DNA from: Chiloscyllium plagiosum
Lineage: Eukaryota
Reading direction: 5' to 3'
Assembly (NCBI RefSeq): GCF_004010195.1
Contig: NC_057734.1
Span: forward strand, 11,038,404 to 11,102,403
Length of the DNA stretch: 64,000 nt
Notes under the pieces: generated by a model
Seen by the model: only the letters and a program-made list of their open reading frames with translations
Told to the model about the DNA's origin: nothing
The model's database searches: none
Made by a program: the position numbers and the translations under genes
In this document: piece by piece, positions 34,558 through 48,900 of the stretch
Layout: the number at the start of each line of letters is the position of its first letter
How positions within the stretch are numbered: the stretch's first letter is position 1

Positions 34558-37500
34558 GCTTGTAGACAGAGCCAGCCTTTTGGCTGCTGCTTTGAAAGGA
34601 CATGTAATCTTCATGGGTTCTTAGAGTAAACCAACTGCTGGAAGGAAATGGAGCCCCATTACTACCCACCCAGAGTCCCAATATTTGTGCAGTGAACCAA
34701 AAAGATTGAGGTCTACCCATATTTAAATATTAATTTTCCACCCAATTCCATCTATAAAGAGAATAATAGTTAGATACCTATACCTGTGTGCTTGAAACAG
34801 TTGAGAAATGTGTTTCTTCATGTGTGTAGTGTTATTGCAAAGAAAAGTCAGCGTCACTGAGCAGTGTCATGTTGGATTAATGAGTTGAAATCCTAAAGTG
34901 AGAATCAATTCATCTACGTATGTATCCAAGTTGGAACCACTACCCCCTTGGGTGCTAGCTATTTGAATATTTCTACAGTCATGACCCCAGTTTCCAGGGA
35001 ACCATAGCAATAGAGGCATGGGTTTAGTGAAAAAGTTTTAAAGGAAGATTGAAGAAGTTCCCTTTAAGACCTGTGGCTATGTACACTGCATGTAGCATTT
35101 GTCCCAGGTACCCCCTTCAGTCTGTGCTCATTCCAAAATGTGACAATAGTTGGGGTTGCTACAAATTACCCCTTCACAGGGAGAGCAAAAACGTGGGTTC
35201 CAATTAACTGCCTGTAGATTGAGAGTCTGTCAGGTGAGGGCGAGACAGTGGTGCCCCAGCTCTCTGAGATTTGTGCACTAACAATAAAGTCTTGGCTGAA
35301 TTATTATAGGCCCACCACAGCCTGTGGAAGAGTTGACAGCATCAGAAGCGGAGGGATTAGACGATAGAGCTTCAAGATCATACAGATTAGTCTGGTTATA
35401 AATTGCCCATGTGTTATGCTCACTGCCTTGAAATGTGATGGGAGGAAGTGCTGATATAATCCCTGAATGTAACAGGCAAGGTGATTTTCACCAGTTTTCA
35501 GAAAATGCATATCTCTATGCAATCATGCTGGCAATTGTGAGTCCTCATTCATAGGGACAAGTCTAACTGGCATGGCATGCCCGTACAAAATAGCACAAAG
35601 TGAGTCATTTTATGATCAGAGGTAAAAGTTGTGATCTGCCAAACAGAAACAGACACATGTAGCAAACAAAATACCTCAGACAGGGCAAAGCTACAGATGA
35701 CCTGATCTCTCATTGAAATGGGAAGAAATGATCCGGAGTTCCTGCTCACTTGTATAACTGTATATATGTGTTTACCATAGGGTGTGTGAGTAAGATCCAT
35801 AGTATGACTATTCTGCTGTTTCTGGTTGAATGGCTGCCCAGTGTCTGAGGCACTGAAGCTGTACGTGAGCTCGTGTCAGGGAAATCGGGAGGGCATTAAA
35901 ATAGCATTGTCATTACCATTCAGGGAAAAAGCGGGTAGGGTGTCTGTGTAGTGTGTTACATAAACAACTCCAGTCCACGATGTGAATATCGATGGCTCAA
36001 TCAGTCTGGGTCATGTATGGTAGCTTTAGAGGACACTGCAACACAGTGGCACAGACAGCAAAGGTGGAAAGACTTAGGTTGAATTGGTCAGCTTTTGTCC
36101 ATTTTGCCACATACAGTATTTATACGCCCTTCAGTTTTACTTACTATCTACTTTAAATTGAAAGTATAAGTTCAATATTAGCTAGACGTCGTTCCATTTC
36201 AGTATTAGTAATGTTGTGTGATGTTCAGTTGGATAAAGCAGTGGACGATAATAATCTGTTGTATAAAGAAGATTGGAGTGCATTGAATGGCACCCTCTCG
36301 CTGGCTGTTGGCAAATGCAGTATGGGACCAAATCATAATTATCAGGAACACCTCAGGTAAAGTGGACCAGGGGGTTGACATTGGCTGGGGTGACAGAGAC
36401 CTCCTTTGCACCAAAGGCCCCCCCGCCACCACCACCACCACTTTGCAAGTCTTTCTGTGTGGACATTAGATGGTGATTTGGCAGGCTTTGTCAGCGAAAC
36501 TCAATGTGATCACATGACCTACGGACACATGTTTTTGCAAAAGCTGTGCTCAGCTCAGACAAAATCCCAGAAATGTCACTGATTTTGCCTTACAAAACCT
36601 TATTAGTGGTCACATCTCTGGTGAAAGCTTACCTTAACATTGGAAACTTTGGAAAGAGGGCAAGAAATTTTGGGATAGTTGATTGGGAGGAAGGGGGTTG
36701 TTCAGTAAAATGATCTTTGTCTAGTGGAATGGCAATAATATGCTATGTGCCGTTCATGTCAAGTCCAAGGTTGGTGTGGCAGTGGACTCAACCACCAGTT
36801 CTGGTGGCCTGATGTGAGCCAAATCTCATTGGTTTTGACAGAATGACCACTTTCCCTTCCATCTCCACACTTTACATTATTGTGACGATTCCCCAGTTCT
36901 CAGTCATACTCCTCTGATGATTGTTGGGTATAGGTAGTTACATAAATGCTGATCACCTTCCAGTATCTTACCTAGTCTTTGCCCAACCCTAGGCCTGGTG
37001 CATTTTTGACCTGACTTCCTCCGAACAGTGATCACTAGTTTGGGAATAGTTGATCCAGCCATAATCAGGAAGTTTTACAGGGAATTTTAACAAGTTCTGG
37101 ATCTGGAATTGTCCATTGAGTGATGTATTTACCCCTGGCTCAAAGGTCTCTGAGAGCAGGCCAGTGCATGTTGGATGGGGTAGGTATAGTATGACCACTA
37201 AAACAATTTTACCAGGAGCAATCTGCCAGAACATTTTCTGATCCCAACACTCTCAGTAATGGAATTCGAATTCTCAAAGTCCTCCCTAATATGGACAGAC
37301 AGAATGTGGGGTGCAGTCCTGCTCACCTGGAGCTGGACTTTTTAGGTGGTTTGTATAATATGTCAATGGATAGACAGCACCTAACCCACATTACTAGTTC
37401 AAATTAAACATTTGATATATAAATGTTGCTATAACCATTTATTTAAACTTACAATGCAAGAGATGAACATGTTCAGGTGCCTGTTGGTTGAATTCAGTAC

Positions 37501-38594
37501 AATGTCTTATACTGCCATGGAGTTGCAGTGGTTTGAAGCTGATGGGTTTATCGGAGACCTATGAATGTGATGGCTGCAAAAGACTACAAACTCCAACTGC
37601 TGGTTCTCATCATTTTGTATTTCAATTGTTTCATAAGAACATCAGCAGGCCATTCAGTTAGGTCTTGGCTGATCTATTCCTGCATTGTACCATCTCCTTT
37701 GACAGCCTTAACCAGCGCACTCAGCCTTCAAAGTTACAATTATCCCATCAGCCTTTTGGGAGCAGATTTCCACCATTCTAAGTATGAAAAAATGCTTCCT
37801 GATATCATTCCTAAATGCTTGGATGTAACGGTAATTTAAGATTGTCTTGGTAGTGTTGTTAAATATGTAACTATTCAGAAATCCCAGTACTATTCTGTTC
37901 ATTTAAGCAGTTTATCCCAAAGACTTAGGCTGTGAATCATGTGCTATAGACGAGTCAAGGATAGGGATCCCTCAAAGTGCCCTTAGTTTTGTATGTTCAC
38001 AAAAAGTCTACTTTATCTTATACTTACTACATGTCAATAGGTTGGGAGAAGATGACCTTCCAATGCCACCAGAATTTTTTTTCATGACTGTTAACTTGAG
38101 TCCATGCACTTCATTGTACGCGTCAGACCGGTTTCTGAAAAACTTATTGCAAAATCAGTGCTTTCCTACCGAGAGGCATTGAAGGGCAGTGCCAAGGGAG
38201 TCTGATGTGCAGCAGGATTGTGTGAAAAAGTCAAACTTTACAGTAAATATCTTGATATTTTACGTGTCCAGTCACATGCCTCTGGTCTAGCCCAAAACAA
38301 ACGCCCTTCACTGTCAAGCCCTGACTTAGTTGTTGGTGTGCCAGTTCATCGCCCTGAATTTATAAAAAGCTGTGTATTTGTTGTGCCAATGTGCAAGCTG
38401 GAGAGAGTGGGAAATGTTAAATGTTGGATTTTTAATATTTTTGTGAGAAAAGTAATGAAGTTCTGATTGTATAAACAAGAAACTGCAAAACGAAAGCAAT
38501 TTTTGCACTAACATTAATTGTACATCTGTGTATATGTATATATGAATGAAATTATCGCAGGAAAGGTCAGTTTTAATTTGTCAGACAGAAAACT

Positions 38595-38600
38595 AATAAA
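38595..38600 (+). terminator. Candidate distal poly(A) signal of USP30 (proximal AATAAA at 35283-35288)
   Basis: AATAAA preceded by U/UG-rich sequence with several TGTA motifs (38519-38542), typical of a 3' UTR end. Confidence 0.5.
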
Positions 38601-40880
38601 GTTTACTTCTGGGCTAACAGAACAGTTCCACTTTAGTGTGGAGTTTATCAATACTTCTCAGACACTTCCCTCCTAAACTCTTCAATGTGTCTAAACCAAG
38701 AATGTGTTCTGTTTCAACTCATTCTCCAGGCTGCAGAATTGTGGAGACTCCCTTCCACCTCTTTTCTTCCTGGGATACCATTTTTTGAAACTTAATGCCA
38801 CCTATTCCCTGCTCTTGTTCCCCCTTCTGCTTTGCTCTGTTTGGGCCCTGACTTTTATCCATGAAAATGACAACAGGGAACAGAATTTACTTGCTTCCTG
38901 CCCTAGTCACATATACCTTAGGGCTGTGTTTATGGGCAATGCCACTCTAGGTGGAGTGTTGCCGTGTGATATGGTCTGATAATTAATCAGCCCTTTTACT
39001 AGAAACAAGGACTCTTACCAGAATTGCGATTTCAACAAGTTCTTATCTATACTTTTCCTAAAATGTACACAAGGTGTTTGACATTGGCCTTCTGTGGTCT
39101 ACCTATAATAATAGATCAGGAGATCCCTTCAGGAGTTTGCGTTTCCACAGATACAGCAACATCAAAATCTATCGCAGAAACTTTTGCTTCTCAACATTAT
39201 AAGCTTGTAAAATCTTAGTCCCCAATAACATATTTATTGAGGTTGACAGGGTAAATACTGAAAGGATGTTTGCCGTCATTGGAGACTCTAGGACCAGGTG
39301 GCACAGTCTCAGAATAAAGTGCACGAATTTAAGACTGAGAAGGAGAAATTTCATCGCTGTGGAGTGTAGGTCTTTAGAATTACTTGGCACAGAGAGCTGT
39401 GGGGACAGCGTCCTTGTGTATACTTGAGGCTGAGATTATAGATTCTTGATTAGTTGGGAAGTTGAGGGTTTTGTGGAAATGGCAGCAAAGTGGATGTAAG
39501 GAATTATCTTATTGAATGATGGAACAGGCCAAAGGGACTGAACAGCCTAATCCTGTTCCTATTTCTTATGGTCTTATTTAGATAAACCAAAGTATAACAT
39601 TGTAACACAGACCGTTAAAACACCAATTGATTAGTCTACGTTGTCCTGACAGGGTTACAACCAATGATGGCTCACCGTAACATTAGTGCCTGTGGTGAAA
39701 GGGTTAAAATTGTGTCCCAATACATGTGTGAATCTAACCGAAAATGGAAGGTGTCGCTTACCTGACAGGGTTACAACCAATGATGGCTCACCGTAACATT
39801 AGTGCCCCAAATCATTTCTAACCTCAGTCCTGAATAGCCAAACCTTTGCCATGAGAATATTCCTTTTTAATTAACTCAAATCTATAAAAATGCTTCTTGA
39901 GTGGCCTGTAAATTATGTAGCATGTGCTGAGTGATGCACTCTATGGGACTAGCATTCTCAATCCTCAATTTGTCAACAAGTTGACTGATCTGAGCTGAGT
40001 CAATGGTTGGAGGACTACAATATGCCTCAGTGCACCTACACTAGAGAAAGCAAACATACTTCCACCATTGATCATGACTGAACAACCCTGCTGGAAAATT
40101 TTTAGCCCACAATCAGATGTGATCAAGATAGGTGCTAAATCAGACATGCAGCAACAACAGTTAAGTAAAAGAAAAAGAATGCTCCCAACAAGGAAAGGAA
40201 ATTAAATTATCTTGTTAATGTAATCCAGCGAGCTGTAACTAGTTGCTTCCTTTATACTGCATTACAAAAAAAGTGCATTAAGAAAACCATTTTTGGCTCT
40301 ATTAATAAATGTTGATGCTCATGTGGAATATAATCTTAGAGTATTTACCATTTGTTATCATGCCCCTCAAAAATACGTAATCAAGTTTTCACTTTATAAC
40401 CATACTGGGAAGGGCACATGTATACACAATATTGATCACAATGGGTTAAAACAAAACATAATTTAGGAAAAAATTGGCATTCTTCAGGTGAAGAATAGCA
40501 GAGGCCTTTGTATAGCAAGTGGCTATATTAGTAAGATAGCATTATCTGACAGATTTTCTCTACTAGCCGAGAGTGGCCTCATGCCCGGAGCGGCCTCATG
40601 CCTGGAGCTAATACAGACCCAATGGTGCTATAATGCAGCAGAAGTTGGTCGGAGAAGAAATTTCCTCTGAGAAGCCAAACTGCATATTATAGCACACAAG
40701 GCAACAGACTATAAGTAGAGACTAGCATATTTACATAGGAATTCACAATTAATCTGTGCAAGGATGGACTCTGCATAAAGAAATGTTGCAGCAGTATATG
40801 ATTCTTATATGTAAAATATATACAGATATAGGACCAGACACATTCCTATTATACAACTGCTGGTGGTAAAGATGGTTTTC

Positions 40881-41553
40881 TTTTTTTTAAGGGGAGGGTA
40901 GGGACTAAATCAAAATAGAGTTGGAGGGAGGACACTCCTGTTTATTTCCTGTTTATTTTTTTTTTCTTTTAACCCCCACACTACCACCTAAGTGCGGTAG
41001 TGCTTATTTTATCCCCAGAACCCATGGTGTGTGTGTGCAGGTGTGAGACACAGTGGAAGACACAAAGTGCACGAATCTTTATTCAATTTCCACCACCAGG
41101 AAGATAGGAAAACACCCGGGTGGCCAGTGACAAACACTGCCCTTCACATCAAAGGGCAGTGCTGTGTGATCAAAAACAGTGAAGGGGAGGGTAGGGACTA
41201 AATCAAAAATTTCCTGTTTATTTTATTTTCCTGCCCTCCTTCCTCCGTACCGGGTGCCCAAAGATCAGGAGTGTGGGACTGAAGTGCAGCCAAAAACAGA
41301 GGAGAAGGTTTTTAAGGGAATCAAAAAGGGAGTGCAAACGCCCACACCCAATATATACATGGTCCACGGACTCCGCAGCGCCACAGAACAAGCAGTTGGG
41401 CTGGGAGTCCATGAACCATCGCAATCTGCGGTTGCAGGGGGCTGCTGCGTGCAGCACCCTCCACCCCAGATCCCCGAGAGAAAGGGGGAGGACTCCCGCG
41501 TAGAGAGCCCTCCACTGGGGATCCCCACCGCCCGGTGGCAAATGGGCACGCCA
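40881..41553 (-). mobile_element. 5'-truncated Tx1/L1-clade LINE (C-terminal zinc knuckle, 3' UTR, A tail), rearranged
   Basis: GDLGWRVLH...CLFCGAAESVDHVYIGC (CCHC); 13-bp TSD AAAGATGGTTTTC at 40868-40880 and 41554-41566; T8 at 40881-40888. Confidence 0.85.
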
Positions 41554-41927
41554 AAAGATGGTTTTCAACTGAAATTCCATGCAAAGGAAACAGGTGTACC
41601 AATTTAAGACTAAGTCTTGTGGCACAGTGGTAGTGTCTAGATGTTTGGGCTAAGAGGTGTGAGTTCAAGTCTCACCTACTCCAGAGATGTGTAATAACAT
41701 CCCTGAACAGGTTGATTAGAAAAGGTACTTCCAGGGAGGTCTATATTATTCGATTTGATCATAGTCAATGGGAATCCCTAAAAAAAATGCACATTCCAAT
41801 TAAACTATTGATAATTAATGTGTCTAAGTCATGTGCTGTTATTGATTTCATCAATTCCTGATATAAAAATATTCTGAACAAAACTTATGGAAGACCATTG
41901 TGTTACTTGAAAATCAATAACACAACT

Positions 41928-41933
41928 TTTATT
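41928..41933 (-). terminator. Candidate ALKBH2 poly(A) signal
   Basis: AATAAA on the minus strand about 680 nt after the stop, followed by GT/T-rich sequence. Confidence 0.45.
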
Positions 41934-42608
41934 GCATATAAGGATGACCAGTATCAACCTGGTGCTATGAATACAAAGAGTTATGAGCTTGATTCTTTGT
42001 CTTTGTTAGCCCAGTTTCAGCAAGGTGTTTGTGATGCTGTCATTGGTTTATGTTAGCATCACTGGGGGGGCATTTACATCAGGTAGGTTTCCCACTCAGT
42101 GCTATATGCAATACTCTCCATCCTAATGCTTGTAGCATTACGGGATGACAGTCGTGACTATGAGCTGTAAAGGCCTCTAATTACTGTACGAACAGACAAT
42201 TCGTATCAAGACGACCCTACATTTATAAAGCACCTCTATCAGCCTCAAAGTAGTTTGCTCATTATACAAGAAAAGTGGTAGCCAATGTGCGCACAGAAAG
42301 ATCCCACCGACAGTAACAGTGAAGAGAGCAATTATTTTCGCAATGTTGTTTGAAGAATTAAACACGGAGTGAAACACCAACCATAGCTGCCTGCCCTTCT
42401 TCCAAACAACACAAATAGGATCCCTTAATCCACACGAGGAGGTGGCAAACAGGTCTTCAATTTGACTCATCCACAAGACAGTCGGACTGAGGTAGCAACA
42501 GAGCCACTGCTGCTGAAGGCAAATCTCAGCCCAGCAGTTTCAAGGACTAAGTTCAGAAACGGACTGTTGACTCTCACTTGTCTATCAGTTATGCTGAGGG
42601 GAATGCTC

Positions 42609-42921
42609 TCAATCAGCCTTTGCCAGAGGTAAGACTTTGCGGAAGGTCAGATTGATGCGGGGGCTCAGCACGTTTTTGCGGACTGGCAGGCTGTGGTACC
42701 AGTAGATGTTGGTGGGGTAGTTCATCATCAACAGGCTGCCGTGGCCCAGAAGCAGTTTCACTGGTTCCAGGCGGCGTGTCGCATGTTTACCTCGGGAGTC
42801 CCGGTGACGGAAGATGAAGTCCCGGCAGGCACCAAAGGAGACTGATGCGATGGGGCTGAAAGGCTCCAGTTCCTTCTCATCATCACGGTGCTCCCCTATG
42901 TGGTCTCGTCCATCTTTGTAC
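42609..42921 (-). CDS. ALKBH2: ALKBH2 last coding exon
   Basis: ctgacag|G; YKDGRDHIGEHRDDEKEL...IASVSFGACRDFIFRH...RINLTFRKVLPLAKAD*. Confidence 0.96.
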
Positions 42922-45900
42922 CTGTCAGTGAGAACAAAACATCAGCATTTCTAACTCGCATCTGGTGGTCAGTTGATTGTGATACAAACTCTGACTCAGT
43001 TTAAAAAATGCAATTCCCCTTAGTCCCAGGAGCAGTTCACTAGTTCTGAGGAAGGGACACTGAACCTGAAAAATTGCTTTCTCTCCACAGATGCTTGGAG
43101 ACCTTGGAGTGCAGGTTCATAGCTCCTTGAAAGTGGAGTCGCAGGTAGATAGGATAGTGAAGGAGGAAGGTCCTGGGGAGTGTTGCTGAACAAAGAGACC
43201 TTGAAGTGCAGGTTCATAGCTCCTGGGGTCGCAGGTAGATAGGATAGTGAAGGAGGCGTTTGGTATGCTTTCCTTTATTGGTCAGAATACTGAGTACAGG
43301 AGTTGGGCGATCATGTTGCAGCTGTACATTGGTTAGGCCACTGTTGCAATATTGCGCGCAATTCTGGTCTCCTTCCTATCAGAAAGATGTTGTGAAACTT
43401 GAAAGGGTTCAGAAAAGATTTACAAGGATGTTGCCAGGGTTGGAGGATTTGAGCTATAGGGAGAGGGTAGGGTAAATAGACAAAGTCTTTTCCCTGGGGT
43501 CAGGGAGTCCAAAATTGGAGGGCATAGGTTTAGGGTGAGGGGAAAGATATAAAATAGACCTATGGGGCAACCTTTTCACACAGAGGGTGGTAGGTGTATG
43601 GAATGAGCTGCCAGAGGAAGTGGTGGAGGCTGGTACAATTGCAATATTTAAGAGGCATTTGGATGGGTATATGAATAGGAAGGGTTTGGAGGGATATGGG
43701 CCAGGTGCTGGCAAGTGGGACTAGATTGGGTTGGGATATCTGGTTGGCATGGACGGGTTAGACCGAAGGGTCTGTTTCCATGCTGTACATCTCTAGGACT
43801 CTATGTTGCCAGACCTGCTGAGCTTTTCCAGCAATTGCTGTTTTTGTTAGTAAGCAGCTCACTAGTGATAGCTTACCCAGCAGCCCATTCTCCTTAGGAT
43901 TGTCCTACACATCTATGGTCAGCAGGCAACTCCTCAATGGGAGCGGAGCCCACAATCCAGTCCAACAAGAACTTGCATTTATTAAGCACTTTTAGCTGGA
44001 GTAAAACATTCCAAGGTGCTTCACAGCAGCATTACCAGACAAAATATGACAGAGGTAACTTGGAGATATTTGTCCAAACGTATCCTTGCATCCTGCCTGT
44101 GGGAAGGGTTTCACATATTTGGAGGGAACAAGATTTATGGAGAAAATTCTAGACCATGACAACAATCCAGCTGCCAATGATGTGAGTGAGGTAGGGTCTA
44201 CACACGCCTAGGACTTCTAACTCCCCAAAGTGTTGGCCATCTATAAAGGTCAAAGTCACAAGGTGTGTTGGGATATTCTCCACTTGCCTACGCAAAAAAC
44301 CTGATTCTATTCAGAACAAATGTAGCCTGCTGGATTGGCACCCTATCCACTCCTTTATATACACACTGCCTCCAGCAGCAGCAGTGCTCACCATGGCTTC
44401 ATCAACCGACCACATCTTCCAAACCATTCCCTCTTGAAGGGGTGGACAGCAGATGCATGGGAACACCAAGTTTCCCACGCAAGTCTCCCCCCAGTCACAC
44501 ACCATCCCGACTTTGAAATATATCTCCATTTCTTCATTGTTTCTGGCTCAAATCTTGGAACTCCCTTCATTACAGCCCTGTGGGTGTACCTGCATCTCGT
44601 AGGCTGCTGTAGCTGAAGGCGGTAGTTCACACAACCCCTTTTCTACACCCCATGGATTGTAGTAGGCTCGTCGTCCCCTTAAAGGTGAGTAATAAATGGT
44701 TACTTAAATCAGCGACGCCAAAGACTAAAAGGAAATGGAGGCCCAAATTCTGGGAACGTAGATATCAGAGGGGGTTTAGGCCTGGGAAGGGGAAGACTTA
44801 TGGTGGGATATGTGAACACGCTTGACAATTTTCAAACAGAACATTGCTGTAGGTCAGTGGGTATAAGGATGATGGACAGGAAGACTGGGCGAGAGAGATA
44901 GGCTCTGGGTCAGGTGGGAGATGGGAAACAGGGAAGTGTTGCGTTCGTCAAGTCCAGAAAGAACAAAACAGCACAGATGAGGGTTTCAGCAGCAGAGGAG
45001 CTGAGGCAGGAGCAGTACCAGGTAATGTCATGAGGGTGAAGAGCGCACAGTCTTGGTGATGGAACAAATTGTAGTCAAAAGCTCATTTGGGGGTCAAAAA
45101 GCAAGACCAAAGTCACGTACAGCCTGGCTCAGCCTCACAGTTGCCCGGAAAAGATGGAGTTGGTAACTCAGGATCAGGAATCAGAGCAAGCGTATACTTC
45201 TCCAGCAATGGTGTTGCTTAAGCAGTCATAAATCTGAGGCAGTGGAGGGGTGGTGGTGAGTTATACCCTGATGTGGTCAGTCTGCACATTGGACATATCA
45301 CTGTGTTTTCACATGATGTCGCCAAAAGGAGAGGGGGCAGAGATACATCCCAGAGGGACACCAGAATTTCAGGCATAGGGACATCCAGCAGAGATCATTT
45401 AGTGATCAGGAGTGAGCACTCAGAATTGTTTAAGTCTCCTTTAAATTGTGAAGCTACTAAATCTCCTCACAGCTGAGTCGACATGACCCAAGGATCGAAT
45501 GCGGGTCTCTCCCACTCAGTACCGTCACTGTGTCAGTCTGATTCTTACACCATCCATTAACCTTTAGTCTTTCTGGAGTTTCTTTTAACATTTATCTAAC
45601 ACCAGTGCACTGTAAAATTCTTCCCAAAGCAAATTGCTCTCAGGGGACATTTCCTCACACAAACAAAGAAGACAACTGTCCAGTAGCAATAAGTTACTAA
45701 TTAATGTGTTTTCTTCAAGTATCAGCTCATCAATCTCTAATAATAATGATCTTGTTTTGTGCACCTCCCATGCAGCTGTAACCTTGTACACCTCGCTCTG
45801 TCTAAGCGCCCTCTGATCTCTATGTCCTTGTTTGCTATGATCTGTCTGTACTGTTCACAAAATAAAACTTTTCACCATACTTAGGTACGAAAAAATCACA

Positions 45901-48900
45901 TCCAGTCAGAGTGTATTCAGAAAGCCTCTCCATGGCCCACCCATGTTGCAGCTCACAGGCAGATAATTTAAGAAGAAAATGAATACCTGACTTTTACAAT
46001 GGGAGACAGCAAAACCATATCTGAAATTAAGAAATTAACTCAGCAATTATCTTCACCCAACACGGGTCAATATTAAAATAAAATTACACACCCACCCACT
46101 CCCTGCTGACATTTGAATGAGTGCTACGTTAACAAACCCATCACCTTTTATAGCTGACAGTAACTCCAGACTCCAACTGGACATTAAAAAAAACAGCATA
46201 GCACTGTTCAAAAATCAAGGGAGTTTCTCTGGGCTTCCAGGAGAACATTCATCCTTCACCCAGGTCCATCAGTTATTTATGTGTGCATTAAACAAGCTAT
46301 CAAAGATTCATGATCATAGCATCATACAGCACCGAAACAGATCCTTCGTGCAACCAGTACACACCAACCATATTCCCAAACTAGTCCCATCTGCCTGCAC
46401 TTGGCCCATATCCTTCCAAACCTTTCCTAATCATGAACTCATTCAAGTGTCTTTTAAATGTTGTAACTGTAACCACATCCACCACTTCCTCTGGAAATTC
46501 ATTCCATATATGAACTGCTGTCTGTGTAACAATGTTGCCCCTCGTCCTTTTGAAATCTTTCTCCTTTCACCTTAAAAATATGCCGAATTTTGAACTCTCC
46601 CACTCTGGGGAAAAGACCCTGGTCATTCAACTCGTGATTTTATAAACCTCTATAAACATATCCCTAAACCTCTACAAGCACATCCCTCAACCTCCTACAC
46701 TCTAGTGAAAGAAAATCCCAGCCTTTCCAGCATGTTTTTATATCTCAAACCCTCCATTCCCAGCAACATTCTGGTAAATCTTTTCTGGGCCCTCTCCAGT
46801 TTAAACAATATCCTTCCCATAACAGGGCAGCCAGAACTGCACAAGAAAACGCCTCAGTGACTCTCACTGTTCTGTATGATAAGTAATTTTACTACAAAGT
46901 AGTTCAGTGGCTGTGAACACTTTTGGTTGTGTGAGAATGAGAAAGATGCCATTTTAGCTCACACTCTTCATTTTCCTTCTTTGAATGTACTGCTTCTTCC
47001 CAAACCAACATTTCCCACTGACACTGCACTCTTTTATTGAGTTACACAGACAGCCAAAGCACAAGGCACGAGGACTGTAGCCAATTGAGTTTGTCTGAAT
47101 GATTGAATACATGATTATTTTCTCCTCCATTTGCCAAGCAATTGGATGAAAGGTAGAGGAAAGCTAAGCTGGATAATCAGTATTCCCCCTGTCTAATTGA
47201 CCTCATACACTCTCCCTGGAAGTGATAAATAAACTGCAACCAATTCAAGACATCCTTTGATAAACTAGGGCACTGACAGGCATATGTTCTCAAGCTGATT
47301 AATAATTGACAGCTTACATTTGAAAACTTGTCAACTCACTTTTAAAAGACAACTGGCTTCTTACCCAACACATGTATCAGTGAAAAGCTATCAGGTCATT
47401 ATCCCATAGGTTGGAACCCTGGGTCAAGGTTCTAAAGCAGGGATAGTATGAAGCAAAAGTACCCAGATCCTTGTCAGCACTGGGTAGAACCCGTACCTCT
47501 GACAAAAACAGATTATTATTCTTCTGGTTATAAACAAATTGTTGTTTGTGGAAGCTTATTGTGAACAAATTGGCTGCAATGTTTTTATAGTAGAATAGTG
47601 ACTACACTTCAAAAACATTTTCTTGGTTGTAAATAACCTAATGTTGTTATACAAATGCAACTTTCCCCTATGCAGATATTCCCTGCCTCAGGGCCAGCAT
47701 CAGCATGACCAATAATACAAACCCTGTGGTCAACCACTGAAACGGTTAATCACCTGCCTTCTGTACCCTGAAAAACTGGAGTCTGTGGTTACCAGGTAAT
47801 AAACTGTTATTTCAAAGCTTCTCTCTACTGGTTCCTATCTGAACTCTCCCACCACAATGTCTTTGACTGTTCACCTGTTGATCAGCACAAAGTTGAACGT
47901 GTGTCCTGTAGCCTGCGTTACTCGGGCTCTGATCATCTCCAGCACGGGAAGCCAGGGCTTAGGAGCCAGGGTCACCCCTGAGTAAGTGTAGGTCAAGCCA
48001 AGGTCCCCATATGTCACCTGTTTACGTGGAATATTGTGCCATTTGCCAAACACTTGCACTTTGGTTTCTTCACCTTGGGAGAAAAAAAAAATCTTCAGAA
48101 AAGAAACTGGAGTCAAGACAGAAATCATAACATTTACACCAATGGGCTAACTTTGTCAATATGGTGAGCTAATGGTATTATTGCTAGACTATTAATCCAG
48201 ACACCCAGGTAATTATTTTTTTAAGATTAGATTAGATTCCCTACAGTGTGAAAACAGGCCCTTCAGCCCAACTAGTCCACACTGACCCTCCAAAGAGTGA
48301 CCCACCCAGACCCATTTCCCTCTGACTAATGCACCTAGCACTATGGGCAATTTTGCATGGTCAATTCACCTGACCTGCACATCTTTGGAGGGAGGAAACC
48401 GGAGCACCCGGAGGAAACCCACGCAGACACGGGGAGAATGCGCAAACTCCACATGTTCTGGGGACATGGATTCCAATCCCATCATGGCCAACAGTGAAGT
48501 TCGAACTAAATAGAGATTTGGATTTGGCAGTCTAACGCTAACCATGAAATCATTATCAATTGTCAGAAAAACCCATCTAGATGACCTTTTGGGAAGGAAA
48601 TCAGTCATTCTTATCTGGTCTGGCCTACCTGCGACTCCAGACCCAAAGCAACTTAACCGCCATCCTGGGCAACTAGGAATGGGCCTAACCAGCACCACCC
48701 ATATCCTGTGAATGATTTTTTATTTTAAAAAGTTGCTTTCCTAATGTTGGTTTAATCAACTCCATGTCTCTTTTACGAAGAATCAGGATTTTTTCCTCAG
48801 AAATGTAGTTGCCAATGCTTGAAACAGTACAAAAATCAATATCAGGAACAAGTGAGGACTACAGATGCAGGAGATCAGAGTCGAGAGTGTGGTGCTGGAA

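Noticed and set aside
39645-39806. Repeat-spacer-repeat as a mini CRISPR array
   Set aside because: Only two repeats, a 70-bp spacer, vertebrate context and no cas genes; kept only as a local duplication
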